Positions 15,101 through 28,716 of a stretch of 64,000 nt of DNA are shown here, one piece after another; position 1 is the stretch's first letter; the number at the start of each line of letters is the position of its first letter. The notes under the pieces are model-generated. The model ran no database searches, was not told the origin of the DNA, and was given only the letters and a program-made list of their open reading frames with translations. This DNA is from the human T2T-CHM13v2.0 reference genome, Homo sapiens. The translations under genes were made by a program, and so were the position numbers. Location: assembly GCF_009914755.1 (NCBI RefSeq), contig NC_060940.1; one strand, 5' to 3'.

Positions 15101-18100
15101 TTCCATTCGAGTTCATTCTATTATTCCATTAGATTCCATTCGATGATGATTCCATTCGATTCCATTTGATGATTGCATTCTATTTCATTTGATGATGATT
15201 CCATTCGAGTCCACTCGATGATTCCATTCGAGTCCATTTAATGAATCCATTGGTTTCAATTCTATGATGATTACATTGGATTCCATTCGTTGATGATTTC
15301 ATTCGGTTCCATTCAATGATGATTCCATTCAATTCCTTTCAATGTTTCCATTCAATTCCATACGATGATGATTCCATTTGATTTGATTCGACAGTGAGCC
15401 ATTCGATTCAATTCCATGATGATTCTATTTGATTCAATTGGTTGACATTTCCATTCGATTCCATTCGATGATGATTCCCTTTGATTCCGTTCCAAGATGA
15501 TTCCATTCTAGCCCATTCAATCATTCCATTCGATTCTATTCAATGATGATTCCATTCATGTCGATTTGGTGATTCCATTTGACTTCATTTGATGATGATT
15601 CCTTTCAAGTTCATTAGATGATTCCATTCGATTCCATTTGATGATGATCCCATTCGAGTCCATTCAGTGATTCCATTCGTTTCCATTCCATGATGATTCC
15701 ATTCCTTTCCATTCAATGATTCCATTCGATTCCGTTTGATGATGATTTCATTCGAGTCCATTTGATGATTCCATTTGATTCCATTCGATGATGATTCCAT
15801 TCGAGTCCATTCGATGATTCTATTCGAATCCATTTGATGATTTCTTTTGATTATATTTGGTGATGATTCCATTGGAGTCCATTCAATGATTCCATTCTAT
15901 TCCAATCGATGATGATTCCATTAGAGTCCATTTAATGATTCCATTTGATTCCAGTCTCTGATGATTACATTCGAGTCCATACGATGATTCCACTCAATTC
16001 CATATGATGATGATTCCATTTGATTCCATTCGGTGATTCCATTCTATTCTATTCAATGGTGATTCCATTCGAGTACATTAGATGATTCCATTCGTTTCCA
16101 TTCAATGATGATTCTATTTGTGTCCCTTAGATGATTCCACATGATTCCATTAGATGATGATACTATTTGAGCCCATCCAATGATTCCCTTCGATTCCATT
16201 CGATGAGGATTCCATTCGATTCAATTCATTGGTGATTCTATTCAATTCAATTCTTTGATTCCATTCCATTCCATTCGACAATGATTCCATTCGATTTCTT
16301 TCGATGATTCCACTCGATTCCACTTGACATTGATTCCATTCGATTCCATTCGTTGATTCCATTTGATTCCAGTGGGTGATGATTGCCATCGATTCCATTC
16401 GATCACTCCATTCTATTCCATTTGATGATGATTACATTCGATTCCATTTGATGATTCCATCTGATTCTATTCGAGGATTCCATTTGATTCCATTCGATGA
16501 TGATTCCATTCGAGTCCATTCGATGATTTCATTCGAGTACATCCAATGATTCCATTCGAGTCCATTAGATGATTCCATTTGATTCCATTTGAAAATGATT
16601 CTACTAGAGTCCATTCAATGACTCCATTCGAGTCCATTCAACAATTCCATTCGACTCCATTCGATGATTCCATTCGATTCCATTTGATGGTTCCATTCGA
16701 GTCCATTTAATCATTACAGTCGAGTCCATTTGGTGATTCCACTGGATTTCTTTTGATAATGATACCATTCAATTGCATTTGATGATGATCCCATTCAATT
16801 TCATTTGATGATGATTCCATTAGAGTCCATTCGATGATTTCATTCGAGTCCCTTCATTGATTCCATCCGATTTCATTGGATGATGACTCCATTCGAGTCC
16901 ATTCGATGTTTCCACTCGATTCCATTAGATGACTCCATTGGAGTCCATTTGATTGTTCCATTCGATTCCATTCGATTCCTTTCAAAGATTATTCCATTTG
17001 AGTCCATTCGATGATGATTCCATTCCATTCCATTCGATGATTCCGTTTGATTCCATTCGATGATTCCCTTCGATTCCTTTCTTTGATGATTCCATTCCAT
17101 TCCATTCAATGATTCCATTCGAATCTATTCCATGATGATTCCTTTCGATTCCATTCGCTGATGTTTCCGTTCAATTCCATTCGATGATGATTCCATTCGA
17201 TTCCATTCATTGAGGATTCCATTTGATTCCATTCAATGATGATTCCATTCTATTCCATTCAATGATTGCATTCAATTCCATTCAATGATTATCCCATTAG
17301 AGTAAACTCAACGATTCCATTCAATACCATTCGATGATGATTCCTTTTGAGTCCATTCAATGATTTCATTCAAGTCCATTTGATGATTCCTTTCAATTCC
17401 ATTCTATGATGATTCCATTCGAGTCCATTCGATGATTCCATTCGATTGCATTCGATGATTCCATTATATTCCATTCAACGGTGATTCCATTCGAGTCCAT
17501 TCCATGATTCCATTAGAGTACATTTAATGATTGCTTTGTTTTCAATTCGAAGATGATTACATTGGATTCCATTCTATGATACCATTCGATTCCATTCAAT
17601 GATGATTCCACTCAAATCCATTGGATGATTCCATTCGTGTCCATTCGGTGATTTCATTAGATTCCATTCGAGGATGATTCCATTCGATTCCATTCGATGA
17701 TTCCATTCAATTCCATTCGATGATGATTCCATTCCAGTCCATATGATCATTCCATTTGATTTCATTCGATGATGATTCCATTCGATTCGATTCGACGATT
17801 CCATTCTATTCCATTCGATGATGATTCCATTCGAGTCCATTCGATCATTCCATTCGAGTCCATTTAATGATTCCATTGGGTTCAATTCAATGATGATTAC
17901 ATTGGATTCCGTTCTATGATTCCATTCAATTCCGTTCATTGACAATTTGATTCCATTCGATGATGATTCCATTTGAGTTCATTCGATGATTCTATTCGAT
18001 TCTCTTCGATGGTGATTCAATTCTATTATATTGGATGATTCCATTCGATTCCATTTGATGTTGATTCAATTCGATTCTATTCGATGATGATTCCATTGGA

Positions 18101-18254
18101 TTTCACTTGATGATTCTATTCGATTCCATTCAATGATGATTCACTTCTCGTCCATTGGATGATTCCATTTCATTCCATTCGATGATGATTCCATTCGATT
18201 CCATTCGATGATTCCATTTGATTCCATGCGACGGTGAGCAATTCGATTCAATTC
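12143..18254 (+). repeat. Higher-order unit 3 (6112 bp)
   Basis: Landmark recurs at 12143 and 18255. Confidence 0.95.
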
Positions 18255-21200
18255 CATGATGATTCTATTTGATTCAATTAGATGATGTTTCCATTCGAAT
18301 CCATTCCATGATTATTCCATTGGAATCCATTCGGCGATGATTCCATATGAGTCAATTCAATGATGATTCCATATGGGTCCGTTCGATGATAATTCCATTT
18401 GATTTCATTCGATGCTTCTATTCTATTCCAGTCGATGATGATTCCGTTGGAGTCCATACGATGATTCCATTTGATTTCATTTGATGATGATTCCATTCGA
18501 TGATGATTACATTGGATTCCATTCTATGATTCCATTCAATTCCATTCGTTGATGATTCGATTCCCTTCAATGATGATTCCACTTGAGTTCATTCGATGAT
18601 TCTATTCGATTCCGTTCGATGGAGATTCAATTCTCTTATATTGGATGATTCCACTCGATTCCATTTGATGATTATTCCATTGGAGTCCACTTAGTGAATC
18701 CTTTAGATTCTACTCGAAGATGATTCCATTCGAGTCCATTCGATGATACCATTCAATTCCATTCGTTGATGCTTCCATTCAAGTGCATTCGATGATATCA
18801 TTCGATTCCATTTGATGATAATTCCATTTGATTCCATGCGATGATTCTATTCGATTCCATTCAATGATAATTCCATTCAATTCAGTGATTCCTCTGGACT
18901 CCATTTGATGATGATTCCATTCAATGATTCCATTCGATTCTATTCGAAAATGATTCCATTTGAATCCATTTGATGATGATTCCATTAGATTCCATTTGAT
19001 GATTCCATTCGATTCCATTCGACGATGATTCCATTCGATTCCGTTTGATGATTCCATTCTATTCTATTCGATGATGATTCCATTCGATTCCATTCGATGA
19101 TGATTGGATTCGATTCCATTGGATGATTTCATTTGATTCCATTCGTTAATGATTTCGATCAATTCCATTCGATGATTCCATTCGATTCCATTCGATAATG
19201 ATTACATCCGAGTCCATTCGATGATTCCATTTGAGCCTGTTCGATAATTCCATTTGAGTCCAACCAATGATTCCATTCATTTCCATTCAATGATTCCATT
19301 CGAGTCCATTTGATCATTCCGGTTGGGTCCATTCGATGTTGATTCCATTGGAGTGCATTCGATGATTCCATTCGAGTCCATTTTAGGATTTGATTCGAGT
19401 CCTTTCGATGATTCCATTCGATTCCACTCGATGATGATTTCATTCGAGTCCATTCGACACTTCCAATCGATTCCATTTGATGATTCCATTCGAGTCCAAT
19501 TGATGATTCCATTCAATTCCATTCGATGATGATTCCGTACGATTCCATTCTGTGATGATTCCTTGTGATTGCATTCAATGATGATTCCTTTCGATTGCAT
19601 TCAATTATGATTCATTTCGTGTTCATTCTATGGTTCCACAGGTTTCCATTCGTGTCCATTCCATTATTCCATTCTATTCCATTTGATGATGATTCCATTC
19701 GATTCCATTCATTGGTGATTCCACTCAATTCCATTCAATGATTCCATTCCATTTCTTTCAACAATGATTCCATTAGTTTCTAATCGATGATCCACTTGAT
19801 TCCATTTGACGACGATTCCATTCTTGTCCATTCGATGATTCCATTTGATTCCATATGATGATGATTCCATTCGATTCCATACCATGATGATTCCATTCGA
19901 GTCCATTCAATGGTGATTCCATTCAATTCCATTCGATGATTCCTTTTGATTCCATTCGATGATGATGGCATTCGATTCCTTTCAATCATTCCCTTTGATT
20001 CCATTCAAAGGTGATTTCATTCAAGTCCATTCGATAATTGCATTCGATTCCATTCTATGATGATTCCATTCGAGTCCATTTGATGATTCCATTCAATTCA
20101 AGTCAATGATGATTCCATTCGATTCCATTCGATGATTCCATTGGATTCCATTCGATGATGATTCCATTCAAATCCATTCGATAATTCAATTCAAGTCCAT
20201 TCGATGATGATTCCAATCGAATCCATTCAAAGATTCCATTCTGTTCCATTCGATGATTCCCTTAGATTCCATTCGATGATTCCACTTGATTGCATTTACG
20301 ATGATTCCATTCGATTCCATGTGATGATTCCATTCAATTCTATTCAATGATGTCTCCATTTGATTCCATTCGACCATGATTGCCTTTGATTCCATTCAAT
20401 GATTCCATTCGGTTCCGTTTGATGATGATTCCGTTCGATTCCATTTGATGATTCCATTTGATTCCATTGGATGAGTCCATTCGATTACATTCGATGATTA
20501 TTCCATTCGAGTGCATTAGATGATTCCATTCGAGTCCATTCGATGATTCCATTCGATTCCATTCGATGTTGATTCTGTTCAAATCCATTCGATGATTCCA
20601 CTCGATTCCATTCGTTGACTCCATTTGATCCCATTTGATGATTTCCTTTGATTCCCTTTGATGATCATTCCATTTGATTCAATTCGGTGATTTCATTTGA
20701 TTCCATTCAGTGATGTTTCCATTCGACTCCATTCGATGATGATTCCATTCGACTCCATTCGATTATGATTTCATTCAATTCCATTCGATAATGATTCCCT
20801 TCGAGTCCATTCGATGATTCCATTCGATTCCATTCAACGATGATTTGATTCGTGTCCATTCGATGATTCCATTTGATTCCACTTGATGATGATTCCATTC
20901 GAGTCCATTTGATGATTCCATTCAATTCCATACTCCGATGATTTCTTTTGAGCCCACTCAATGCTTCCACTCGATTCCATATGATGATGACTCCATTCGA
21001 TGAAATTCGATGATGATTCCATTCGCTTGCTTTCGATGATGATTCCACTTGAGTCCGTTAGAAGATTCTATTCAATTACATTCCATGACGATTCCGTTCG
21101 AGTCCATTTGATGATTCCATTAGACTCCATTCGACGATGATTCCATTCGATGTTATTCGATGATTCCATTCGATCTCATTCGATGATGATTCCATTCAAC

Positions 21201-24200
21201 TCCATTCGATGTTTCCATTCGAGTTCATTCTATTATTCCATTAGATTCAATTCGATGATGATTCCATTCGATTCCATTTGATGATTGCATTCTATTTCAT
21301 TTGATGATGATTCCATTCGAGTCCACTCGATGATTCCATTCGAGTCCATTTAATGAATCCATTGGTTTCAATTCTATGATGATTACATTGGATTCCATTC
21401 GTTGATGATTTCATTCGGTTCCATTCAATGATGATTCCATTCAATTCCTTTCAATGTTTCCATTCAATTCCATACGATGATGATTCCATTTGATTTGATT
21501 CGACAGTGAGCCATTCGATTCAATTCCATGATTATTCTATTTGATTCAATTGGTTGACATTTCCATTCGATTCCATTCGATGATGATTCCCTTTGATTCC
21601 GTTCAACGATGATTCCATTCTAGCCCATTCAATCATTCCATTCGATTCTATTCAATGATGATTCCATTCATGTCGATTTGGTGATTCCATTTGACTTCAT
21701 TTGATGATGATTCCTTTCAAGTTCATTAGATGATTCCATTCGATTCCATTTGATGATGATCCCATTCGAGTCCATTCAGTGATTCCATTCGTTTCCATTC
21801 CATGATGATTCCATTCCTGTCCATTCAATGATTCCATTCGATTCCGTTTGATGATGATTTCATTCGAGTCCATTTGATGATTCCATTTGATTCCATTCGA
21901 TGATGATTCCATTCGAGTCCATTCGATGATTCTATTCGAATCCATTTGATGATTTCTTTTGATTATATTTGGTGATGATTCCATTGGAGTCCATTCAATG
22001 ATTCCATTCTATTCCAATCGATGATGATTCCATTAGAGTCCATTTAATGATTCCATTTGATTCCAGTCTCTGATGATTACATTCGAGTCCATACGATGAT
22101 TCCACTCAATTCCATATGATGATGATTCCATTTGATTCCATTCGGTGATTCCATTCTATTCTATTCAATGGTGATTCCATTCGAGTACATTAGATGATTC
22201 CATTCGATTCCATTCAATGATGATTCTATTTGTGTCCCTTAGATGATTCCACATGATTCCATTACATGATGATACTATTTGAGCCCATCCAATGATTCCC
22301 TTCGATTCCATTCGATGAGGATTCCATTCGATTCAATGCATTGGTGATTCTATTCAATTCAATTCTTTGATTCCATTCCATTCCATTCGACAATGATTCC
22401 ATTCGATTTCTTTCGATGAATCCACTTGATTCCACTTGACATTGATTCCATTCGATTCCATTCAATGATTCCATTTGATTCCAGTGGATGATGATTGCCA
22501 TCGATTCCATTCGATCACTCCATTCTATTCCATTTGATGATGATTACATTCGATTCCATTTGATGATTCCATCTGATTCTATTCGAGGATTCCATTTGAT
22601 TCCATTCGATGATGATTCCATTCGAGTCCATTCGATGATTTCATTCGAGTACATCCAATGATTCCATTCGAGTCCATTAGATGATTCCATTTGATTCCAT
22701 TTGAAAATGATTCTACTAGAGTCCATTCAATGACTCCATTCGAGTCCATTCAACAATTCCATTCGACTCCATTCGATGATTCCATTCGATTCCATTTGAT
22801 GGTTCCATTCGAGTCCATTTAATCATTACAGTCGAGTCCATTTGGTGATTCCACTGGATTTCTTTTGATAATGATACCATTCAATTACATTTGATGATGA
22901 TCCCATTCAATTTCATTTGATGATGATTCCATTAGAGTCCATTCGATGATTTCATTCGAGTCCCTTCATTGATTCCATCCGATTTCATTGGATGATGACT
23001 CCATTCGAGTCCATTCGATGTTTCCACTCGATTCCATTAGATGACTCCATTGGAGTCCATTTGATTGTTCCATTCGATTCCATTCGATTCCTTTCAAAGA
23101 TTATTCCATTTGAGTCCATTCGATGATGATTCCATTCCATTCCATTCGATGATTCCGTTTGATTCCATTCGATGATTCCCTTCGATTCCTTTCTTTGATG
23201 ATTCCATTCCATTCCATTCAATGATTCCATTCGAATCTATTCCATGATGATTCCTTTCGATTCCATTCGCTGATGTTTCCGTTCAATTCCATTCGATGAT
23301 GATTCCATTCGATTCCATTCATTGAGGATTCCATTTGATTCCATTCAATGATGATTCCATTCTATTCCATTCAATGATTGCATTCAATTCCATTCAATGA
23401 TTATCCCATTAGAGTAAACTCAACGATTCCATTCAATACCATTCGATGATGATTCCTTTTCAGTCCATTCAATGATTTCATTCAAGTCCATTTGATGATT
23501 CCTTTCAATTCCATTCTATGATGATTCCATTCGAGTCCATTCGATGATTCCATTCGATTGCATTCGATGATTCCATTATATTCCATTCAACGGTGATTCC
23601 ATTCGAGTCCATTCCATGATTCCATTAGAGTACATTTAATGATTGCTTTGTTTCCAATTCGAAGATGATTACATTGGATTCCATTCTATGATACCATTCG
23701 ATTCCATTCAATGATGATTCCACTCAAATCCATTGGATGATTCCATTCGTGTCCATTCGGTGATTTCATTAGATTCCATTCGAGGATGATTCCATTCGAT
23801 TCCATTCGATGATTCCATTCAATTCCATTCGATGATGATTCCATTCCAGTCCATATGATCATTCCATTTGATTTCATTCGATGATGATTCCATTCGATTC
23901 GATTCGACGATTCCATTCTATTCCATTCGATGATGATTCCATTCGAGTCCATTCGATCATTCCATTCGAGTCCATTTAATGATTCCATTGGGTTCAATTC
24001 AATGATGATTACATTGGATTCCGTTCTATGATTCCATTCAATTCCGTTCATTGACAATTTGATTCCATTCGATGATGATTCCATTTGAGTTCATTCGATG
24101 ATTCTATTCGATTCTCTTCGATGGTGATTCAATTCTATTATATTGGATGATTCCATTCGATTCCATTTGATGTTGATTCAATTCGATTCTATTCGATGAT

Positions 24201-24366
24201 GATTCCATTGGATTTCACTTGATGATTCTATTCGATTCCATTCAATGATGATTCACTTCTCGTCCATTGGATGATTCCATTTCATTCCATTCGATGATGA
24301 TTCCATTCGATTCCATTCGATGATTCCATTTGATTCCATGCGACGGTGAGCAATTCGATTCAATTC
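18255..24366 (+). repeat. Higher-order unit 4 (6112 bp)
   Basis: Landmark recurs at 18255 and 24367. Confidence 0.95.
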
Positions 24367-27300
24367 CATGATGATTCTATTTGATTCAATTAGATGATGT
24401 TTCCATTCGAATCCATTCCATGATTATTCCATTGGAATCCATTTGGCGATGATTCCATATGAGTCAATTCAATGATGATTCCATATGGGTCCGTTCGATG
24501 ATAATTCCATTTGATTTCATTCGATGCTTCTATTCTATTCCAGTCGATGATGATTCCGTTGGAGTCCATACGATGATTCCATTTGATTTCATTTGATGAT
24601 GATTCCATTCGATGATGATTACATTGGATTCCATTCTATGATTCCATTCAATTCCATTCGTTGATGATTCGATTCCATTCAATGATGATTCCATTTGAGT
24701 TCATTCGATGATTCTATTCGATTCCGTTCGATGGTGATTCAATTCTATTATATTGGATGATTCCACTCGATTCCATTTGATGATTATTCCATTGGAGTCC
24801 ACTTAGTGAATCCTTTAGATTCTACTCGACGATGATTCCATTCGAGTCCATTCGATGATACCATTCAATTCCATTCGTTGATGCTTCCATTCAAGTGCAT
24901 TCGATGATATCATTCGATTCCATTTGATGATAATTCCATTTGATTCCATGCGATGATTCTATTCGATTCCATTCAATGATAATTCCATTCAATTCAGTGA
25001 TTCCTCTGGACTCCATTTGATGATGATTCCATTCAATGATTCCATTCGATTCTATTCGAAAATGATTCCATTTGAATCCATTTGATGATGATTCCATTAG
25101 ATTCCATTTGATGATTCCATTCGATTCCATTCGACGATGATTCCATTCGATTCCGTTTGATGATTCCATTCTATTCTATTTGATGATGATTCCATTCGAT
25201 TCCATTCGATGATGATTGGATTCGATTCCATTGGATGATTTCATTTGATTCCATTCGTTAATGATTTCGATCAATTCCATTCGATGATTCCATTCGATTC
25301 CATTCGATAATGATTACATCCGAGTCCATTCGATGATTCCCTTTGAGCCTGTTCGATAATTCCATTTGAGTCCAACCAATGATTCCATTCATTTCCATTC
25401 AATGATTCCATTCGAGTCCATTTGATCATTCCGGTAGGGTCCATTCGATGTTGATTCCATTGGAGTGCATTCGATGATTCCATTCGAGTCCATTTTAGGA
25501 TTTGATTCGAGTCCTTTCGATGATTCCATTCGATTCCACTCGATGATGATTTCATTCGAGTCCATTCGACACTTCCAATCGATTCCATTTGATGATTCCA
25601 TTCGAGTCCAATTGATGATTCCATTCAATTCCATTCGATGATGATTCCGTACGATTCCATTCTGTGATGATTCCATGTGATTGCATTCAATGATGATTCC
25701 TTTCGATTGCATTCGATTATGATTCATTTCGTGTTCATTCTATGGTTCCACAGGTTTCCATTCGTGTCCATTCCATTATTCCATTCTATTCCATTTGATG
25801 ATGATTCCATTCGATTCCATTCATTGGTGATTCCACTCAATTCCATTCAATGATTCCATTCCATTTCTTTCAACAATGATTCCATTAGTTTCTAATCGAT
25901 GATCCACTTGATTCCATTTGACGACGATTCCATTCTTGTCCATTCGATGATTCCATTTGATTCCGTATGATGATGATTCCATTCGATTCCATACCATGAT
26001 GATTCCATTCGAGTCCATTCAATGGTGATTCCATTCCATTCCATTCGATGATTCCTTTTGATTCCATTCGATGATGATGGCATTCGATTCCTTTCAATCA
26101 TTCCCTTTGATTCCATTCAAAGGTGATTTCATTCAAGTCCATTCGATAATTGCATTCGATTCCATTCTATGATGATTCCATTCGAGTCCATTTGATGATT
26201 CCATTCAATTCAAGTCAATGATGATTCCATTCGATTCCATTCGATGATTCCATTGGATTCCATTCGATGATGATTCCATTCAAATCCATTTGATAATTCA
26301 ATTCAAGTCCATTCGATGATGATTCCAATCGAATCCATTCAAAGATTCCATTCAGTTCCATTCGATGATTCCCTTAGATTCCATTCGATGATTCCACTTG
26401 ATTGCATTTACGATGATTCCATTCGATTCCATGTGATGATTCCATTCAATTCTATTCAATGATGTCTCCATTTGATTCCATTCGACCATGATTGCCTTTG
26501 ATTCCATTCAATGATTCCATTCGGTTCCGTTTGACGATGATTCCGTTCGATTCCATTTGATGATTCCATTTGATTCCATTGGATGAGTCCATTCGATTAC
26601 ATTCGATGATTATTCCATTCGAGTGCATTAGATGATTCCATTCGAGTCCATTCGATGATTCCATTCGATTCCATTCGATGTTGATTCTGTTCAAATCCAT
26701 TCGATGATTCCACTCGATTCCATTCGTTGACTCCATTTGATCCCATTCGATGATTTCCTTTGATTCCCTTTGATGATCATTCCATTTGATTCAATTCGGT
26801 GATTTCATTTGATTCCATTCAGTGATGTTTCCATTCGACTCCATTCGATGATGATTCCATTCGACTCCATTCGATTATGATTTCATTCAATTCCATTCGA
26901 TAATGATTCCCTTCGAGTCCATTCGATGATTCCATTCGATTCCATTCAACGATGATTTGATTCGTGTCCATTCGATGATTCCATTTGATTCCACTTGATG
27001 ATGATTCCATTCGAGTCCATTTGATGATTCCATTCAATTCCATACTCCGATGATTTCTTTTGAGCCCACTCAATGCTTCCACTCGATTCCATATGATGAT
27101 GACTCCATTCGATGAAATTCGATGATGATTCCATTCGCTTGCTTTCGATGATGATTCCACTTGAGTCCGTTAGAAGATTCTATTCAATTACATTCCATGA
27201 CGATTCCGTTCGAGTCCATTTGATGATTCCATTAGACTCCATTCGACGATGATTCCATTCGATGTTATTCGATGATTCCATTCGATCTCATTCGATGATG

Positions 27301-28716
27301 ATTCCATTCAACTCCATTCGATGTTTCCATTCGAGTTCATTCTATTATTCCATTAGATTCAATTCGATGATGATTCCATTCGATTCCATTTGATGATTGC
27401 ATTCTATTTCATTTGATGATGATTCCATTCGAGTCCACTCGATGATTCCATTCGAGTCCATTTAATGAATCCATTGGTTTCAATTCTATGATGATTACAT
27501 TGGATTCCATTCGTTGATGAATTCATTCGGTTCCATTCAATGATGATTCCATTCAATTCCTTTCAATGTTTCCATTCAATTCCATACGATGATGATTCCA
27601 TTTGATTTGATTCAACAGTGAGCCATTCGATTCAATTCCATGATGATCCTATTTGATTCAATTGGTGGACATTTCCATTCGATTCCATTCGATGATGATT
27701 CCCTTTGATTCCATTCAAAGATGATTCCATTCTAGCCCATTCAATCATTCCATTCGATTCTATTCAATGATGATTCCATTCATGTCGATTTGGTGATTCC
27801 ATTTGACTTCATTTGATGATGATTCCTTTCAAGTTCATTAGATGATTCCATTCGATTCCATTTGATGATGATCCCATTCGAGTCCATTCAGTGATTCCAC
27901 TCGTTTCCATTCCATGATGATTCCATTCCATTCCATTCAATGATTCCATTCGATTCCGTTGGATGATGATTTCATTCGAGTCCATTTGATGATTCCATTT
28001 GATTCCATTCGATGATGATTCCATTCGAGTCCATTCGATGATTCTATTCGAATCCATTTGATGATTTCTTTTGATTATAGTTGGTGATGATTCCATTGGA
28101 GTCCATTCAATGATTCCATTCGATTCCAATCGATGGTGATTCCATTAGAGTCCATTTAATGATTCCATTTGATTCCAGTCTCTGATGATTACATTCGAGT
28201 CCATACGATGATTCCACTCAATTCCATATGATGATGATTCCATTCTATTCCATTCGATGATTCCATTCTATTCTATTCGATAATGATTCCATTCGAGTCC
28301 ATTCGATGATTCCATTCGAGTCCATTTAATGATTCCATTGGGTTCAATTCAATGATGATTACATTGGATTCCGTTCTATGATTCCATTCAATTCCGTTCA
28401 TTGACAATTTGATTCCATTCGATGATGATTCCATTTGAGTTCATTCGATGATTCTATTCGATTCTCTTCGATGGTGATTCAATTCTATTATATTGGATGA
28501 TTCCATTCGATTCCATTTGATGTTGATTCAATTCGATTCTATTCGATGATGATTCCATTGGATTTCACTTGATGATTCTATTCGATTCCATTCAATGATG
28601 ATTCACTTCTCGTCCATTGGATGATTCCATTTCATTCCATTCGATGATGATTCCATTCGATTCCATTCGATGATTCCATTTGATTCCATGCGACGGTGAG
28701 CAATTCGATTCAATTC
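24367..28716 (+). repeat. Short variant unit 5 (4350 bp; lacks 1762 bp, junction about 28245-28310)
   Basis: Landmark recurs at 24367 and 28717. The sequence passes from ...CCAGTCTCTG...CCATATGATG to ...CCATTGGGTTCAATTC in about 100 bp instead of about 1.85 kb. Confidence 0.94.
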
